Assembly: GCA_000320545.1 (NCBI GenBank)
Contig: ADNK01002454.1
Span: 27,653 to 91,652, forward strand
DNA from: Bigelowiella natans CCMP2755
Lineage: Eukaryota; Protista; Cercozoa
DNA: 64,000 nt
Reading direction: 5' to 3'
In this document: piece after piece, positions 15,488 through 30,487 of the stretch
Numbering within the stretch: the first letter of the stretch is position 1
How the letters are laid out: each line of letters starts with the position of its first letter
Notes under the pieces: generated by a model
Told to the model about the DNA's origin: nothing
The model's input: the letters and a program-made list of their open reading frames with translations, nothing else
The model's database searches: none
Program-made: the position numbers and the translations under genes

Positions 15488-17081
15488 ATTAATATGTTTA
15501 CCTACTTATTCTAACCTTCACATACATGCGAAAAATCATATATTATTGTGATATCCTATATTATCATCTACTTTCGTTCAAAAGCCTTTGGATTTGATCC
15601 TATCCACAATAATAGTAGTATTAGTATTAGTAGTAGAAGTAGTGTGATGATATTCGTATAGGGTAGTTGTAATGGGGGGTAGGTAGTTGTTCTTTGGTCT
15701 GGGTAGTGTCAGTATAAAAACGCCTTCATATTCATACAACTCACTGGCGTGAAATTGTTGTAACAAATACTCTGCTCAGTCGCTATATGTGTATATATGT
15801 ATTCAATTTATATTTATTGGCAAACAAAATAATCACCTCCAGTAGCGAGTTGCATAGTCAAATTTGAGTGCTATAACATAGAAATATTCATCAAAAGCAA
15901 AGGCCCTTGTCACATCTTTGAGGAGGTTATCGATCACGTTGCTGCTTATAGTGATATACTATACCTTTAGCAAGAAGCGAGAAAATACTGCATGGATTTG
16001 CTCCGCCAATTCTTGAGTTGGAGACACAACTATCACCCCAACCTGATTATTATCACAACGAGTACAATTACTACTACTACTACTACTACTTGGTCACCTA
16101 TTACTATGGTAATTCTCTCAACTAATGATCGCATTGCGACCTCGTATTTGTTCAGCTTTTGACGTCGTCTGCATCACATCATTTCAAAATAGTTAGGTAA
16201 TTTTGGGTACAGGTGACACGTATACGTTGGTCATGGGGGTAAAACAACAGATATGAAATAGAGAAGAAGTAGTGAGTGAATGGTTGGATGATATCATATA
16301 TAATAAGTATATAGAGAGCGATGGAGAGAGAGAGAGAGGGTAAACTAGGAAGGAAGGGACCAGCCCCCCCCCCACCCCAGTCTCCTTCTATACTCTTCTA
16401 CGGAATGGATCACTAGGGGTGGTGCTGGCAAGAAGAACATACCTTAGCATGATTTCTAGGGCAGGAACAACAAATGCAAGCGTTTTGCCCGACCCCTGAG
16501 TATTATCACCAACGCCGTATTGTTACCATTATTATTTGTTATTTATTACTATTATCAATCCCCACGTTTGTCAATACTGATAGATTATAGTGGCATCTTG
16601 CCGCAACTAATAAATAATCACACCGTTTGTGCTTGTACAACAACATCCTTGTGAGATAGGAAGATTGGGAGAGTCGCGGCTTGGACCTAGTCGTCAATAA
16701 GGCGAGATCATTCGATATAATCTTGAATACCATACCCACACAGATGTATGCAAAACAAGCATTCTCCTCTGCCTTCCCTCTCTCCCTCCTCCTCCTCCGC
16801 CTCCTCCTCCTCATCGTCAAGGCTACAACACACGGCAGATTTTCTTTCAATTATATAATTTAACCAACCGGCGTCATTTTTGTGAACTTGAAATCATCTC
16901 TTATGGTTGCTAGTGTGGAATCTGATAGGTTCGGATCCACCTTATCAAGCAAACAAGCAACATTATTCGAATCAGGAAATTGTATACCAGCATTAGATAG
17001 ATGAAAAGAGAACAACTCGCAGAGGCTGTGATTCAAACTACTAGGTAAACTTACCTTGTCCCAACGCCGCCGCTCATCCAT
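9988..17081 (-). CDS. DDX55: ATP-dependent DEAD-box RNA helicase DDX55/Spb4-like, many exons
   Basis: FTKMTPV (Q motif), GSGKTLAF, SPTQELAEQI, LVLDEADR|LLDMGF, LPKQRRTGLFSATQT, TDVAARGIDLPD, FDPP..FVHRVGRT, AFVSFVRAYKEHE and C-terminal KKLKKGKMSKKDF, all characteristic of DDX55/Spb4. Confidence 0.92.
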
Positions 17082-18620
17082 TCTTTTGGAGTGGTGGGGG
17101 TGTAGATGTTGTTACTTTTTTCCTTTTTAGTGTTGCTATTCGATTGCAGAGGGGAGGGGGAGAGCTGCCTTTCTCCGTCGTCCTATCGCCGCTTGGACGG
17201 CGAGTATCTAATTTTATCCCTTTTTAAGAAATAAACGCATGTCGCATTAATGTTACCAAAGGCAATTTTATGATTATTAAAAATTAGAAGAATAGATTGT
17301 CGCATTGACGATATCCCCTATATTTTTGTAAATATTAATAAAAGTAACCCGTTGGCGCGTTTCGGCTTTACGCTCGTGTCCTTCCCCCTCCGCTTTTACT
17401 CTCCTTGGCCGCATTTGCCACAATGAACACATCAACCTCTTCACTATATCTGGGATCTTCTCCCTTTTGCCTCAAATTATGAAAGAGGGCTGGCGCTCGC
17501 CGTCAAGAACACGCAATGCGCTGCTGTCACACGATCTAGGCATCTTCGGAATAATCACGGAAGAAACCAAATTTGTACTACGATGAACGACGATCATTTA
17601 CTTGCACTACACACACACACACGCATACACTTACTTACTTACTTACTTACTTGCTTGTCGCAAATCTTTTTCAACGTCTTATGCTGTAATATGTTGAATG
17701 TATCTAATACCTGGTGCTGTCTGGAGCAGTTGAAAGATTATGTGATAGTTTCGAGAAAATATTTACTACTTATATGGAATAATAATAAGGGGGCAGCGCT
17801 AATTGGTTGTTGTATTTGATATACATATTATATAGGCATCGTCAAATCAGACAACAACCTATGCTTCGTCAAATCTCCCCCTACGAGCGAATAAGCGCCA
17901 GGAGAAAAAGATGCAGAAGAAGAGTGTCGCAAAACGATTTGGGTCTTCTTCTTCTTCTTCTTCTTCTTCTACTACTACTACTACTACTACTACTGCTACT
18001 ACTACCATTCTATATTATGGCAAACACATAGGAGACCAATTAAACTTCCATATTTATAGACCACATTTTTATTCACCCCCACTCCCAAAAATATACTTGG
18101 GCATATAGTTGTTCCTTGAGCGTATTTAATTCTTTTCTCACTACTATTTATAAAGTGTCGGCAAAGTTGCTGCCATATTGGGAGAAATCGTAATAATTCA
18201 ACATCGTTTCTGATTTCAACAATTAAGATAACTGGCATCGATGTCTAAAATGCTGATAAAAAAAAACGATATATCCAAGAACATTGCTGTCGCCCTCTCA
18301 TTATCACCATTCACTGCTATTGTTATTCTCGATGGTTGACATTCTGATCTTAGGGCACTACCTCCAAATTCTTCACTCTATGGCGAAAGCGGCTACAAAC
18401 AAGATGTCAGTACGTTGTTTGCTTTTTAAACCTCCTTGATTATGAAACTGAAAAATACTACTATGTGGACAATTGAAATGGATTATGGAAATGCATACAT
18501 CTGAATAAGAAAAAGTGGCATAGTCTAACCATGAGGAGTAAAACGCTGTGTGCAGTCAATATCAATTTTGCTCATCTCCTTATCGGTTGTAGTCGTCCTT
18601 CTTCCTTATACCGATATGAG

Positions 18621-18668
<48 letters not shown>

Positions 18669-20595
18669 GTGTGATTTAATCATCGTCCATATTCTCCCTC
18701 CTGAACAGTATTCATTCGCAAGTTTCTTCTTGGATGGTGCATTGGTCAGTGTGTTTAGATACTAGTGAGTGAGGAGGGAGGAGGGAGGAGGGAAACTGTG
18801 GACTCTACTGATAGATAATACCGACAAGTGATGGTGATGATGCTAATGTGTGCGTGTGTTGATATGTGTGTAGAGTTTAAGGGCAACAAGTTGATGAGTA
18901 TCATATTAGAAATATATAATAATATATGTTGGAACATATTCATTTTAACATGATAAGAGTTATTAGCAAGAGCAGAGTTCTGCTTGAATTCTTGCTATAT
19001 TACATCGTCCAAATGTTAATGTTACGATAGTAGTAGTAGTAGTAGCTGCCGTGCATCGGTGATGATGGCATATCCATATATCACTCTTTTCTACTCAGAC
19101 ACTCCAAGGGCTAAATTGAAACAAATTAGGTAATAATATGATACTGTACTACGTTGTCAGCATTCATTCTGATGTGATAGCTAGCTGCTGATATTACCAC
19201 GCAGAGCATGAACAAACAACCAACCCCTTTGAGAATGAATGGATGCTGCTCTTGCTGTGTACACTTCCTGCTATTATTTCATATCATACTGATTGCTACT
19301 TATACTATATATCTACTACTTTAGGCAGCATCGATTGTTCTTGGGCTGGAAGAACATAGCAGATTATCAAATAAGACAGAATATGATCTTAAAATACCAT
19401 ATGCAGCAGCAAAGAGCAGTGGTACTACTAAAAACAATATTATGAATGACATATGATAGATTTTGTAGATATGAATCGTGCAGAGCAGATATAGTGTACC
19501 TGCTGTAAGGAGTTATTATTGTTGTCTCAATGTTATTTTATATTCATTGTTATCACTAAGTATTACAACGAATTTAAAGGAATTCCGAGGGCGAGTACTT
19601 GTCACCGTGGCCATTTCTAGTTGGAAAACAGTTAAGAAAGATAATGATAACATTTTCGATCTTGGTATTGGTACAAAGTCTTGATGAACTTGCTATCTAA
19701 TCGATATTATAGCGTTTGTCGGAGAGGCATCATGCTGAAAGTGAGGCCACTGCATTTTCATACAAGAAGACAGAAAGAAAGGTGATATAGTTATTATAAG
19801 TTGAAGTATGTAAGCAGCAGCAGCCCTTGATACGATGCACCCCAAGTTCCAAACTTATAATATGTATTAGTATATATTGATGATGACGATGAGCTTCTGT
19901 GGTAGATAGATCAGTGTGTCTAATATGACTGTCTTCTCAGTTTTGGAAATGGTGGAAACTATTGTACGGTACGATCGATGATGATTATGCCTCCTTAATA
20001 TTCTTCATCTTTCATATCTTCTCAACTTAATAATAAACGCTTCTAGATACTCTCTCCCTCTCTCTTTCTCTCGTATGAAAATGATAAGTTAAAAACAAAA
20101 GAAAGGCTTTAATTGTAAGTAGTCATTTCGAAGAGATGGTTGGTAGAACAACAGCGGCATCAGCATGATATAAAGACAATGCGTATTATAATAAATAATA
20201 GAGCAAAGAAATCAAAGCCGAGAGGTCCTTTTTCAGGTTAATATAGTGATCTTTGGCATTCAATTATATGTGTATTGTTGTTGTTGTTGTTACTGTGTTG
20301 TTGATGATGTATAAGCCTATATGATAGTAGTAGTAGTAGTAGTAAACTACATACAGCAATGTAATAGCATCATCTATAGATATATCACATCTGCTACGTC
20401 ACGTCAGCAAGTAGTTCTTCATGATCAGAAACAACATGCTTGTTTCTGCTACAGATACAACATATTGATTGATTGGTTGATTGATTGATTGATTGTTATG
20501 TGTGTCGTTTCCTCACATACTATCTATATAGAGATATAAACTGCGAAAGCAGGGGTTTATTTTCCAGGCTTGGACTGATATTCTTCAAGATAGGT

Positions 20596-20630
<35 letters not shown>

Positions 20631-20926
20631 TCTTGATTAAGATGGCATCATATATGGATGGAGAGATCTTCGTTTGGTTTGTTTGAAGTGGATTGGTACT
20701 TGGTTGACAACTATACCAGGCACATAAGAAACGACTGCATCATCACAAACTGGAAGGAAATACGGTAAAAACTTCTTGCTAGTCTATTTCATACCTATTT
20801 ACTGTGAAATCAATTCTTACTATTCTATTTGCTACTTATCTAATATGAAATAAGTTGAATGGAATAGCAGAAGGAGTAGTAGTAATAGTAGCAGCAGCAG
20901 TAGCAGCATCTTTGGATGGACGCTAT

Positions 20927-20959
<33 letters not shown>

Positions 20960-21096
20960 GTCATCATTATGAATTCCAACATCATGTAGCACGAGCACAA
21001 GAACTACTACTATTGCTGTTATATGATTACTACCTATCTCTTCTCTTTTCCTAGGGAAATTAGATCATAATGTCCTCATCGTATTCCTTTCATCAT

Positions 21097-21172
<76 letters not shown>

Positions 21173-21253
21173 TAGCACTATTATTGACCATACCCCTGCT
21201 GATCTACTCAATAATGACACTTCTATGACTCCTTGCTGTTTCTACGTCTACTT

Positions 21254-21289
<36 letters not shown>

Positions 21290-21398
21290 TCACTACTACC
21301 TAAGGCAAAACAGGATTTTGAGCATAGTTTTACGATATTGGAGGGCATGGTACTGCTGCTATTTGCTTTTGAAGACACTTCTGTGTTCCTTCTATAGT

Positions 21399-21473
<75 letters not shown>

Positions 21474-24400
21474 ATAGTCATATGGTGGTCCCTCCTCCTT
21501 CTTTTTCTGCTTCTTCTTCTTCTTCTTCTTGTCGTTTATTTATAAATGCATGGTTAATATCTTTTTCTCTTCTCAGTCCCAGGAGCAAAGCCTTCCTGCG
21601 AAGGAGCGCCTTTACAAGATGGTTACGTGCAAGCAGAGCAGAGGTTGCCTGTTTGCTTGCTATTTGTGTATATATGTGTGGGTGTATGTGAGTGTGTGTG
21701 TGTATTTTTATTCCACAAAGTAATGAGAGTTCGTTAAGATCACCACCCTCATGAAAAAACATCATCATTCATATTCGCTAAGATCACCACCCTCATGAAA
21801 ACACATCATCACTCATCTCAAAACTTATTTGCGTGTGCAGTGCTATCGTAGAGGACGTGTAGTTTCACTAGTATTCCAAAAATGGAGGTAATAGTAGTAG
21901 TAGTAGCAGCAGCAGCAGTAGTGGTGGTAGTAGTAGCAGACTTCTCATGTGTTTTCGCATAATACACGCTAGTATATGATGGCATCATTGACAGTACTAT
22001 ACTACGTAACGTTATGAGGAGGAGGAGATGAAACATGGGACCAACAAGCAGCAAAACTGAAACAATAATCGATCATTTGTCTGCTAAGTCGTCTACCCAA
22101 CAAAAGAATAAAAATACCAACAACACATGAATAATTTATCTTCATTCTTTCCTCTCCTCCTCCTCCTCCTCCTTGTACTCATCTTCCTTTTGTTGTTTGT
22201 CTCACTATGAGTAGGTTGCTTCTTAGTCGCCTGGAAGAAAGTGAACAATTCTTCGGGGCTATACAATTACGAAGATGGAAAAGGTCATAGTAGTAGTAGT
22301 AAGACTTTGCTACTTGTGCTATTGCTTCTACTCCTACTCCTACTCCTACTATCATCATCATCATTATCATCATCATCCTTATTATAAGCTTTGATGACTG
22401 TTTGTATTGTAAATTAGGAGACTTGATACAAAGAGATATTTAAGGCAAAGAAGCCATTGGAGACGATGGAAGCATGCATTGAAGGTAGTAGTTGAAGAAG
22501 GACCTAATAACTAACAATGACGATGATGAGGAGGAGAAGGAGGAGGGCGAGCAAAGTTGATCTTGACATAGTAGTCTGTCTTCTTGATTCTCCTAACGAA
22601 TAGTCTAATATATAGTCTAATGGAGAGCATGATCCATCCGTTCTAATGACTTATTGTTCTTCCTATTGGTATTATAGGCAAAACGCTTATCCCTTGATTT
22701 ATACGAAGAGTATGTGTCAGGAGGAGGGGTAAGACTATTACTACCGATTATGCCGCAATGTTGTTGTTTATCACATACACTGGATTCTGTGATAATGATG
22801 ATGTTGATGATGATACTTGCATCCATATTTTTATTATTAGCCCTTCAAAAGGACCAAAAAAGCATTTGGTGCATGGAGAATAGCATTGGATGCGTTAAGA
22901 AAACAGAAATTGTACCGATCGTCGCCAGTTTTTGCAAGGACTATGATGCTTAGGTTACAATTACAACACTGACTGAATTTTGATAGGAAACACCATAATA
23001 TAGTTTTCTTTCCTCTAATACAAGTACTCATCTCTTTAGGAGCTCGAAACAAAGTTACCACTATTTATCGATGCTGTTACTAAATTATTTGTTCATTGAA
23101 TACACAACAGTGAAAATAATGATGAAAATGATGATATAATAGTAACTTTGAATACTCTTACTGCTACAACCAATGTATGATGATGATAGACGAGGTATTG
23201 AGGCGTTTCGTTCAAGTTTGACAGCTCGAAGACTGAGACTAGAATATATGAATGATGCGGTAAGGATCATAGTGATAATATCTCTGAGCGGAGGAGGAAA
23301 ACGAAAAGGCATTATGTATGAATGATGATGATGATTATTCGATTGTTGTTCAAAGTCGTACTTACAAATGGCATTTAACCATGCAAAAAAAAAAATGTTT
23401 CTCTTGAAGTTGTAACTAGCACACTTCCATTCCTTCTCCTGGAAGTGAAGATGAGATAGTATTCCGATTGGACTGATATAATATATATAATTTACGTAAT
23501 AAAGGTTGAGTTTTGGGCGACATCAGCAGCATGGCGTGGCGTTCGAAATCTTGCAGATAATGTCTGGATCTCAAGACAGCGACAAGAAGTTATCATCGAA
23601 GCTGATAATATGGCAAATATCAATAGGATAAGGAGAGGGTAATAATATTAACATCGGAGACATTGCTGTTGTTGTTGAATTATAACGAATTGTATGAATG
23701 GTCATCAGCTTGGATTTGCTGGAATACAACACGCACCTACGTCAATCTGGGCGAGTGTGTACGTCAAAGTCGCTAATTTTCCTCGGGATGCACACACTAA
23801 ACACATGGCGGCTTGCCCTGACAAGAAGAAGAGAAAGAAGAAGAACAACATCAACATCACTTGTGCACGCCAACAACACCGTGAGTAGTCATACCGATCG
23901 TATTCAAGCTCAAGAGCAAAAGATTCATCCTGTACGAATATCAAGTGGCACTAGTAGTAGTATTGCTGATGAAGCAGATGCAGTATCAAGCGGAGAGAAT
24001 AGGGCAGACATAGTACTACTACCTTACCATGGAAGCTACGGGGATGTAATAATCACTAAGAAAGATCCCTCTCCACGCGTTCGCCCCACTACTACTACTA
24101 CTGCTGCTGCTGCTACTTTTCCTTCTTCTTCTTCCCCTGTTACTTCGGATGATTCAGTACAACAGCAACCTATCCGGTAGTAGTAGTAGTAGTAGTGGAA
24201 GGAGGAGGAGGAGGAGAAGGAGAAGCAGAGAGCGTCAATTAGCACACTTCAACTTGTGTAGCGACAACACTAAGAAAGAACAATATACATTCAACAAATG
24301 ACTCGTTTGCTACTGAATGAAAGTCGCAAGATAATGTTCATGATGAAGCATCGTATCATCGATGATGGAAAATTGTTTACGATGATGTAGTAGTAGTAGT

Positions 24401-24551
24401 AGTAGTAGTAATAATATTAATTTCAATACGTGATCTCAATTTCCTAATACACAAGGAAAGAGCATTTTTCTTCATTCCAACAACTTATTAATCACCACGG
24501 ATTGGCATATATCCAATGCAATAATCTGTCTCTCAACCCCCCCCTCCCGAT

Positions 24552-24597
<46 letters not shown>

Positions 24598-27513
24598 TAT
24601 GTGACTTGCTATAATCGTTGTAAATGATTTTCGATTTAGGGATTTGGAAGAAGATAAGCATTCCACAATGAAGAAGGAACATAAGAAGAAGAAGAATATG
24701 AAGAAAAAGAAGAAAAGGAAGAAGAATGAGGAAAAGCATCAGCATGGTGATCATACTGAAAGTCCGAGGACAACAACGACAACAACAACAACAACAACAA
24801 GCAGCCCAACAAATGATGGCAGAAGACAGCAACCAATGAACAAGTTAGGACTCAGAATTTATATTGACAACACAGCAGCAGCAGCTGCAGAAGGTTCCAT
24901 CATTGTGACACCTCATGTACCTATTCAACATCATCACAAAAACGACGATATTATCGGTAATACTACTACTTCTTCTTCACTGGGAATTCCCCCTCCTCCT
25001 CAACATGAAGGACGTCAAGCTGCAGCCTCTGTCACTTCCAGCATTAATCGTGGTGATGACGGCAAGAGGCACCATCCATCATTATCATCACCATCCCGTA
25101 ATAACTCCTTACCAGCAGAGGCAGCAGTGTCATCAGCACTTTCTTCGCATAATGGCACAGAGGGTGACCAATCAACAATTAGCAGAAGTGGTAGTGATAT
25201 ATGAATCTATCGATATTGTTTGCAGTTGGTGCTGGTTATAAAAGTGATATTAACGATGATGGGGGCATTGCTTGTTAAGGGGGAAAGGGAAGAGAAGGGG
25301 GAAAAGGCTGCTACATAACATGAAAGGAACAATCAGACAAAATGCTGTTATATAATATGAAAAGACTAATCCGACAAAATGGTTTCTTTCTCGGATTCCT
25401 AAATTGTTAATATGTATGATAATGTGATTCGTGTGATGTTTACTATTACTATTGTGTGTCGTCATCGTTGTCGGTCATCGATAGGATCTCGTGGTGTGGA
25501 GTCTGTTATACATCTTCCACGTAGCATCAGAAACGACAATGGAAGAACAACGAACACAGAATATCAAGGTAGATAGAGAGATGATAGACCAACCAAGATC
25601 ACTAAATCGGTAGGGGTGTTATTGGGAGTACTTATTGTTGTTTTAGTTTATGTTGTTGTTGTTGCTATTTTTATTGTAACTAGTTGTTGTGGTATCGTTG
25701 TTATTACGCCTTTGCAGGTGGTGTTGGTACTACTAATGCAAAAAGAAGGACTTTGTCTGCACAACCTCGAATAATGTCTTCTCCCCATCGAGAAATAACT
25801 CAAATAGGGGAGGACGTATCCTCTCCTTCATCTGTGATGACAATTCTCAGAACACCTACACCGATGATGACGATGATGATGCAGGAAGCTACTGCTGCTA
25901 CTGTGACTACATCATCAGACAAAAAGAAGGATCATTCACCAGTGAGTCATAATGATAAACAAAGGAACATGTTTGCCTTCTCTCTTAACGATGCTGCTCC
26001 TACTCGTCGTAGCCGTAGCCGTTTTCGTAGAACCCATCGTCCAATGATCCCAGATCATGCCCGAAAATCATTCTCCTTGTCATTGTCCCGTGGCATGGTT
26101 GAGAGGAGAGAAGAACAAGTTGGACTACCTCTGGGAGAAGGCTTGGGCGAATCATCATCGGATACAGCAGCAGCAGCAGCAGCAGCAGCAGCAAGAAACT
26201 CGTTCAGAAGGTCACACAGCGGCGCCAGCATATTTCTGCGAAGAAGGAAAGATTACCGTGCTGCTCAAGTAAATAATGGTAGAGGAATAATGATGAAGCA
26301 GCAGCAGTCTCAAATCAGCACAAAACTCAATCTACAAAAGCCAATAACGCGGGAGAGGAAGCACCAGCAACAACAAAAAGAGAAGGAGAAGGATGAGCTT
26401 AAGCTGCCAACTACTAGGCATCTAGCACCATCTGCAAAAGAGGATGATGATGATATTAATGTCGTGAATGCTGGTGTTCATAATGCTTCCCTATCACCAT
26501 CATCATCAGTAGTCGATCCCCATAATAATGATAATGATAGTAACAATGGGCTGCTGCTGCAAGAAGGTCGTCCGTTATTTTCGCCTTCGCCTTCTGTCTT
26601 TCCAGCTCCGATGACAAGGGACAACTCAAACTTATCTCTCCTTTCTGTGAGAGGGGAGAACAGTCCTGTCGGGTAGTAATCATGATCATCAGTTGCTATT
26701 ACAATTTACCATCACCAATCATCATCGATCAATCATTATCAATCAATCATCATCAATACTATTAGCTAAAGAAGAACATACGAGAGAACACAACCAGCAT
26801 GGACATTGCGCTTTTTCCATGAAACACTGCATCATCAATCACCCCTTTCTTAAATTTCTTTCTCATTCCTCTGCCTAAATTGCATAACTACGTATTATGA
26901 TTACTAATGATCATAATCTTCATTTAATTATTTTTCCATTCTGTTACTTGCCACATAGGTCATCATTCATACCGATGCTACGCGGCGACGAAGAAGACAG
27001 CTCCTTCTACAACAACCAAAGTAACAACAATAGTCACAGTAGAAAAGGTGATGAGGAAGAATATAAGGAACATAAGCAAGATCAAAAGTGGATAGTAGGT
27101 ACGACCTCTAGTGTTTATAGCAACAAGAACAATTTCATATGCTGCTGGTGCTGCTTTTATAAGAGGATGAACAATATAGTGCATCATCATCACTTGTTGT
27201 CCTCTTAACCATTACATATGAATCAATATAACGCATACTTCTTGATTTTCATAAACAGGGACTGCTCCCGGTAATAGTCATCATCGGAGAGGTGGCGTAT
27301 CGCCTTCATCGTTTTCTTCTACTTCTAAAACACAACTGCAACCACTTCCAATGTCTTCAAAACGACGAGAATCAAATAGCAGCAGCAAGAATGGTGCTGC
27401 TGCTAATAAAGAGCAGCTGCTGGTGAAACAGCATCCTCCTCCTAGAATTAGAAAGCTTTCTCCCCGTGGCAAGAAAGTCCCTGCGAAATTCTCGTCATCG
27501 ATATCACTATTAC

Positions 27514-27547
<34 letters not shown>

Positions 27548-28679
27548 GTCATCCCCGCCTAATAGTCAACAAGTCTCCTCACAGCACCCAGAAGCAGTTA
27601 AAGAGAAAAAAGTAATAAGTAGTTATGAGTAACATAGTGTAGTAACAGCAGCAGCATCACCAACTAGAGTGCATTGTAATGTTGATATTATATGAAAAAC
27701 AGTTACAGGAGCGCAAGTAGAATTTTGTTGTCGTTAGTGTTGCTGTTATTGTGTCATAACAAAAGATTTTGTATTGTTTGTACGCTTGTTCTATTGACTT
27801 CAGTTCTCATCTCCAAGTAGTAATAACTCTGCACCTGAGCATAATCGGTACCATCACCATCAATTTCATCGCAAATCAAATTGTAGGAAAACAGATAGTA
27901 CATTTCTGATATGGGGATTTGATGAATGCATTGCCATTATATGATATTTTGTTAGCACGTAACAATGTAGAATTTTAGTGCAACAACCATAGAAACAACA
28001 CGTACCACAGCATTTTTATCCCGTAGCAAAATGCATATCATGATTCATAATCAATCACCTTCCTCTTCAACAGTTTGTTTTTGCAAAAATAATCATATCA
28101 CGTTTTGATCCTCCTCCTCTAATTTATTTTATCTGTATTTATTATTTTATTTGTATTTATTATTCATAATGTAGACGACGCTCCCCATCTGATTTTACAA
28201 TTATCTCTACTGACTCTGTACTACTACCTAAAAGAGGAGAGCAGATACATATTAGTATAACCACTAGTAGTAGTGGTCCCTGCAATGTAATAAGTGTGAA
28301 TGTGTACATAAGGAAGAGCATTATGATGAGTATACAATAATAAATGTTGTTGCTGATGAAATATATTACAAGAAAGTACAAGTTTGATGCCAATAATCAG
28401 CAATGAATGCCGTGCATGCAAATTATGTCGTAACATTTTCTCGATGATAAACTGAAGCAGCCACCTCTTAAAATGCTGTTATTCTTGATGTTATGCTTCT
28501 CCTTACCTCTGTGTTTCTCCTCTCTCCTCTTTTCTTCTTCGTTTTCTTCTTCATTTTGAATAGGTTCAAACTGGACCACTCACAATGATCAAAGAAGTAG
28601 AGCAGCCATCTTCGGAAATTATTATGAATAAGGAAGTAAAGAAAGAACCAGGTTGCTATAAGTTTATATGATGATGACA

Positions 28680-28713
<34 letters not shown>

Positions 28714-30448
28714 CGAACGGTGATAATAATGTTGCTTTGCATTTTTCTGGTCAAAGATTAAATTATGAAGGATGCAGAAATCCACATATGCTTCTGCTGT
28801 ATATGAGGCAATATTTACATTATCTTTTGTATATGATCATTACGCAGTTGAGCACGAAGTAAAGCCCAAGAGAAAGTCAGCAAATCGATATGTTACACCG
28901 TCCTTTCTTATACCTCCTATCTCTGCTCCTGCAAGCGCCACTACAACTGCTTTTGAATTTATTCAACATCACGATAATCCTCGTCATAACGGAGGGAGAA
29001 TGACGCCAACTGAGAACAAGACGAGGATAAGTCTCCATAGATCTTTCAGAAGTGCATGGACGAGGGTTACTACCAAGCAGCCACTACTCTACCTCTCATC
29101 CACTCTTTTTTCAGCATAAATATTACACCGGAACTAAGCAGAAAATACACGTTCGATGCTCAAGGGATTTTTTCGAGCTTATTTTACAAAATATGTCTTA
29201 CCTTAAATATCTTTTGTGTGCATCTTAGGTTAGCGATAAGTCTCCGTTTCAACGTAGAAGAAGATTCTCCCATATGCATCAGTTTGATGGTCTGCATAAT
29301 CACTAAATAAGTAATATTACTAGCGCCTATTACTTTCAGGATAACACCAGCTGTCCTCAAGAATAAAGTAACGTGTCGGTCTCCTCGTCGTTCTATATAT
29401 ACTTGGTACAGTTCTAGCCGGAAGAAGCGTGGATCGTCAAGTAGCAAAAGATGATGGTAGCAGTAGTGGTAGTAATGCTACTACTACCACTCCAAAAAGT
29501 GAGCCGCCTCCTTCCTCAGTTAGTGAAAGAAGAAGAGGTATTATACAAAGAAAAACACAGAATGACTAACTGCTAGCAATAACATAAGAAGACCAAAATA
29601 CTGTTTGAAATGGTGATAATGCTTGGGAGATTATTGTAAATGAAAGTATTACTTGATGAAAACTCTCAACTATGATGATGCTGAGGATGATGTTGTTGTT
29701 GATGATGATGATGATGATGATGATGATATAGTCAAGCCTTCGCCACTAGAACAACGACACTATTCCTATCACTGATATCACTACTACTGCCATAGAAGTT
29801 GTTTTCCAGAAGGAACCTCACACTTCCTTGACATTTGTGACTATCATTCAAGTTCTAATATATGTTCTTCTCGTGCAATTGCTACAAACAGCTATAATGG
29901 CTATGAAAGAAGAGAAGGTTGGTATTAGTAGAACCAGCAGCAAGCATAAAGTGTCGTACTATTATCGGCAAAAGGATTATCTTGCACACCTAGCGAGACA
30001 AGCAATCATCTCACCTCGCTACCTACAACAACGGTGGAAGAAGAATTTGAGCAGAAAGGCACTTCTTCCCCAAAGAAACCTTGATCATGTTACACATTCT
30101 TCGAATACTACAACACCTACAACTACAACAACAATAAAAGCAAAAGCCAAAAGTGCTACTGCCACTACTACAAACGCTTACAACACGGGAAGAAGGTGGT
30201 TGAATTTTGCTCGAATTTATGACTGTATGCGTTGTGTATGTTCCCTTTACACTTTGCGTGGTTCACACATTGTAAAACGAATCGCTCGGTAGAAGTAGTA
30301 GGTAGTAGTAGTAGTAGTGATAATAGTACGAGTATAAGTCTTCGTCCTTGCTTGCTACACCATGTCGATGCACTGCTCTTTGTTTTCTTTCTTTCAACGA
30401 CTCACCCCTTCTCTACTTTCCTCATAATCCTCGCATTTTATGTTCAAC

Positions 30449-30487
<39 letters not shown>

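Noticed and set aside
21225-21545. ORFs made of poly-Y/V/I-Y/H-T/R-E runs here and throughout 10-62 kb
   Set aside because: They are translations of intronic microsatellites, not proteins.
21735-21815. 44-bp tandem duplication (taagatcaccaccctcatgaaaa...)
   Set aside because: Two copies, apparently intronic, with no evident function.
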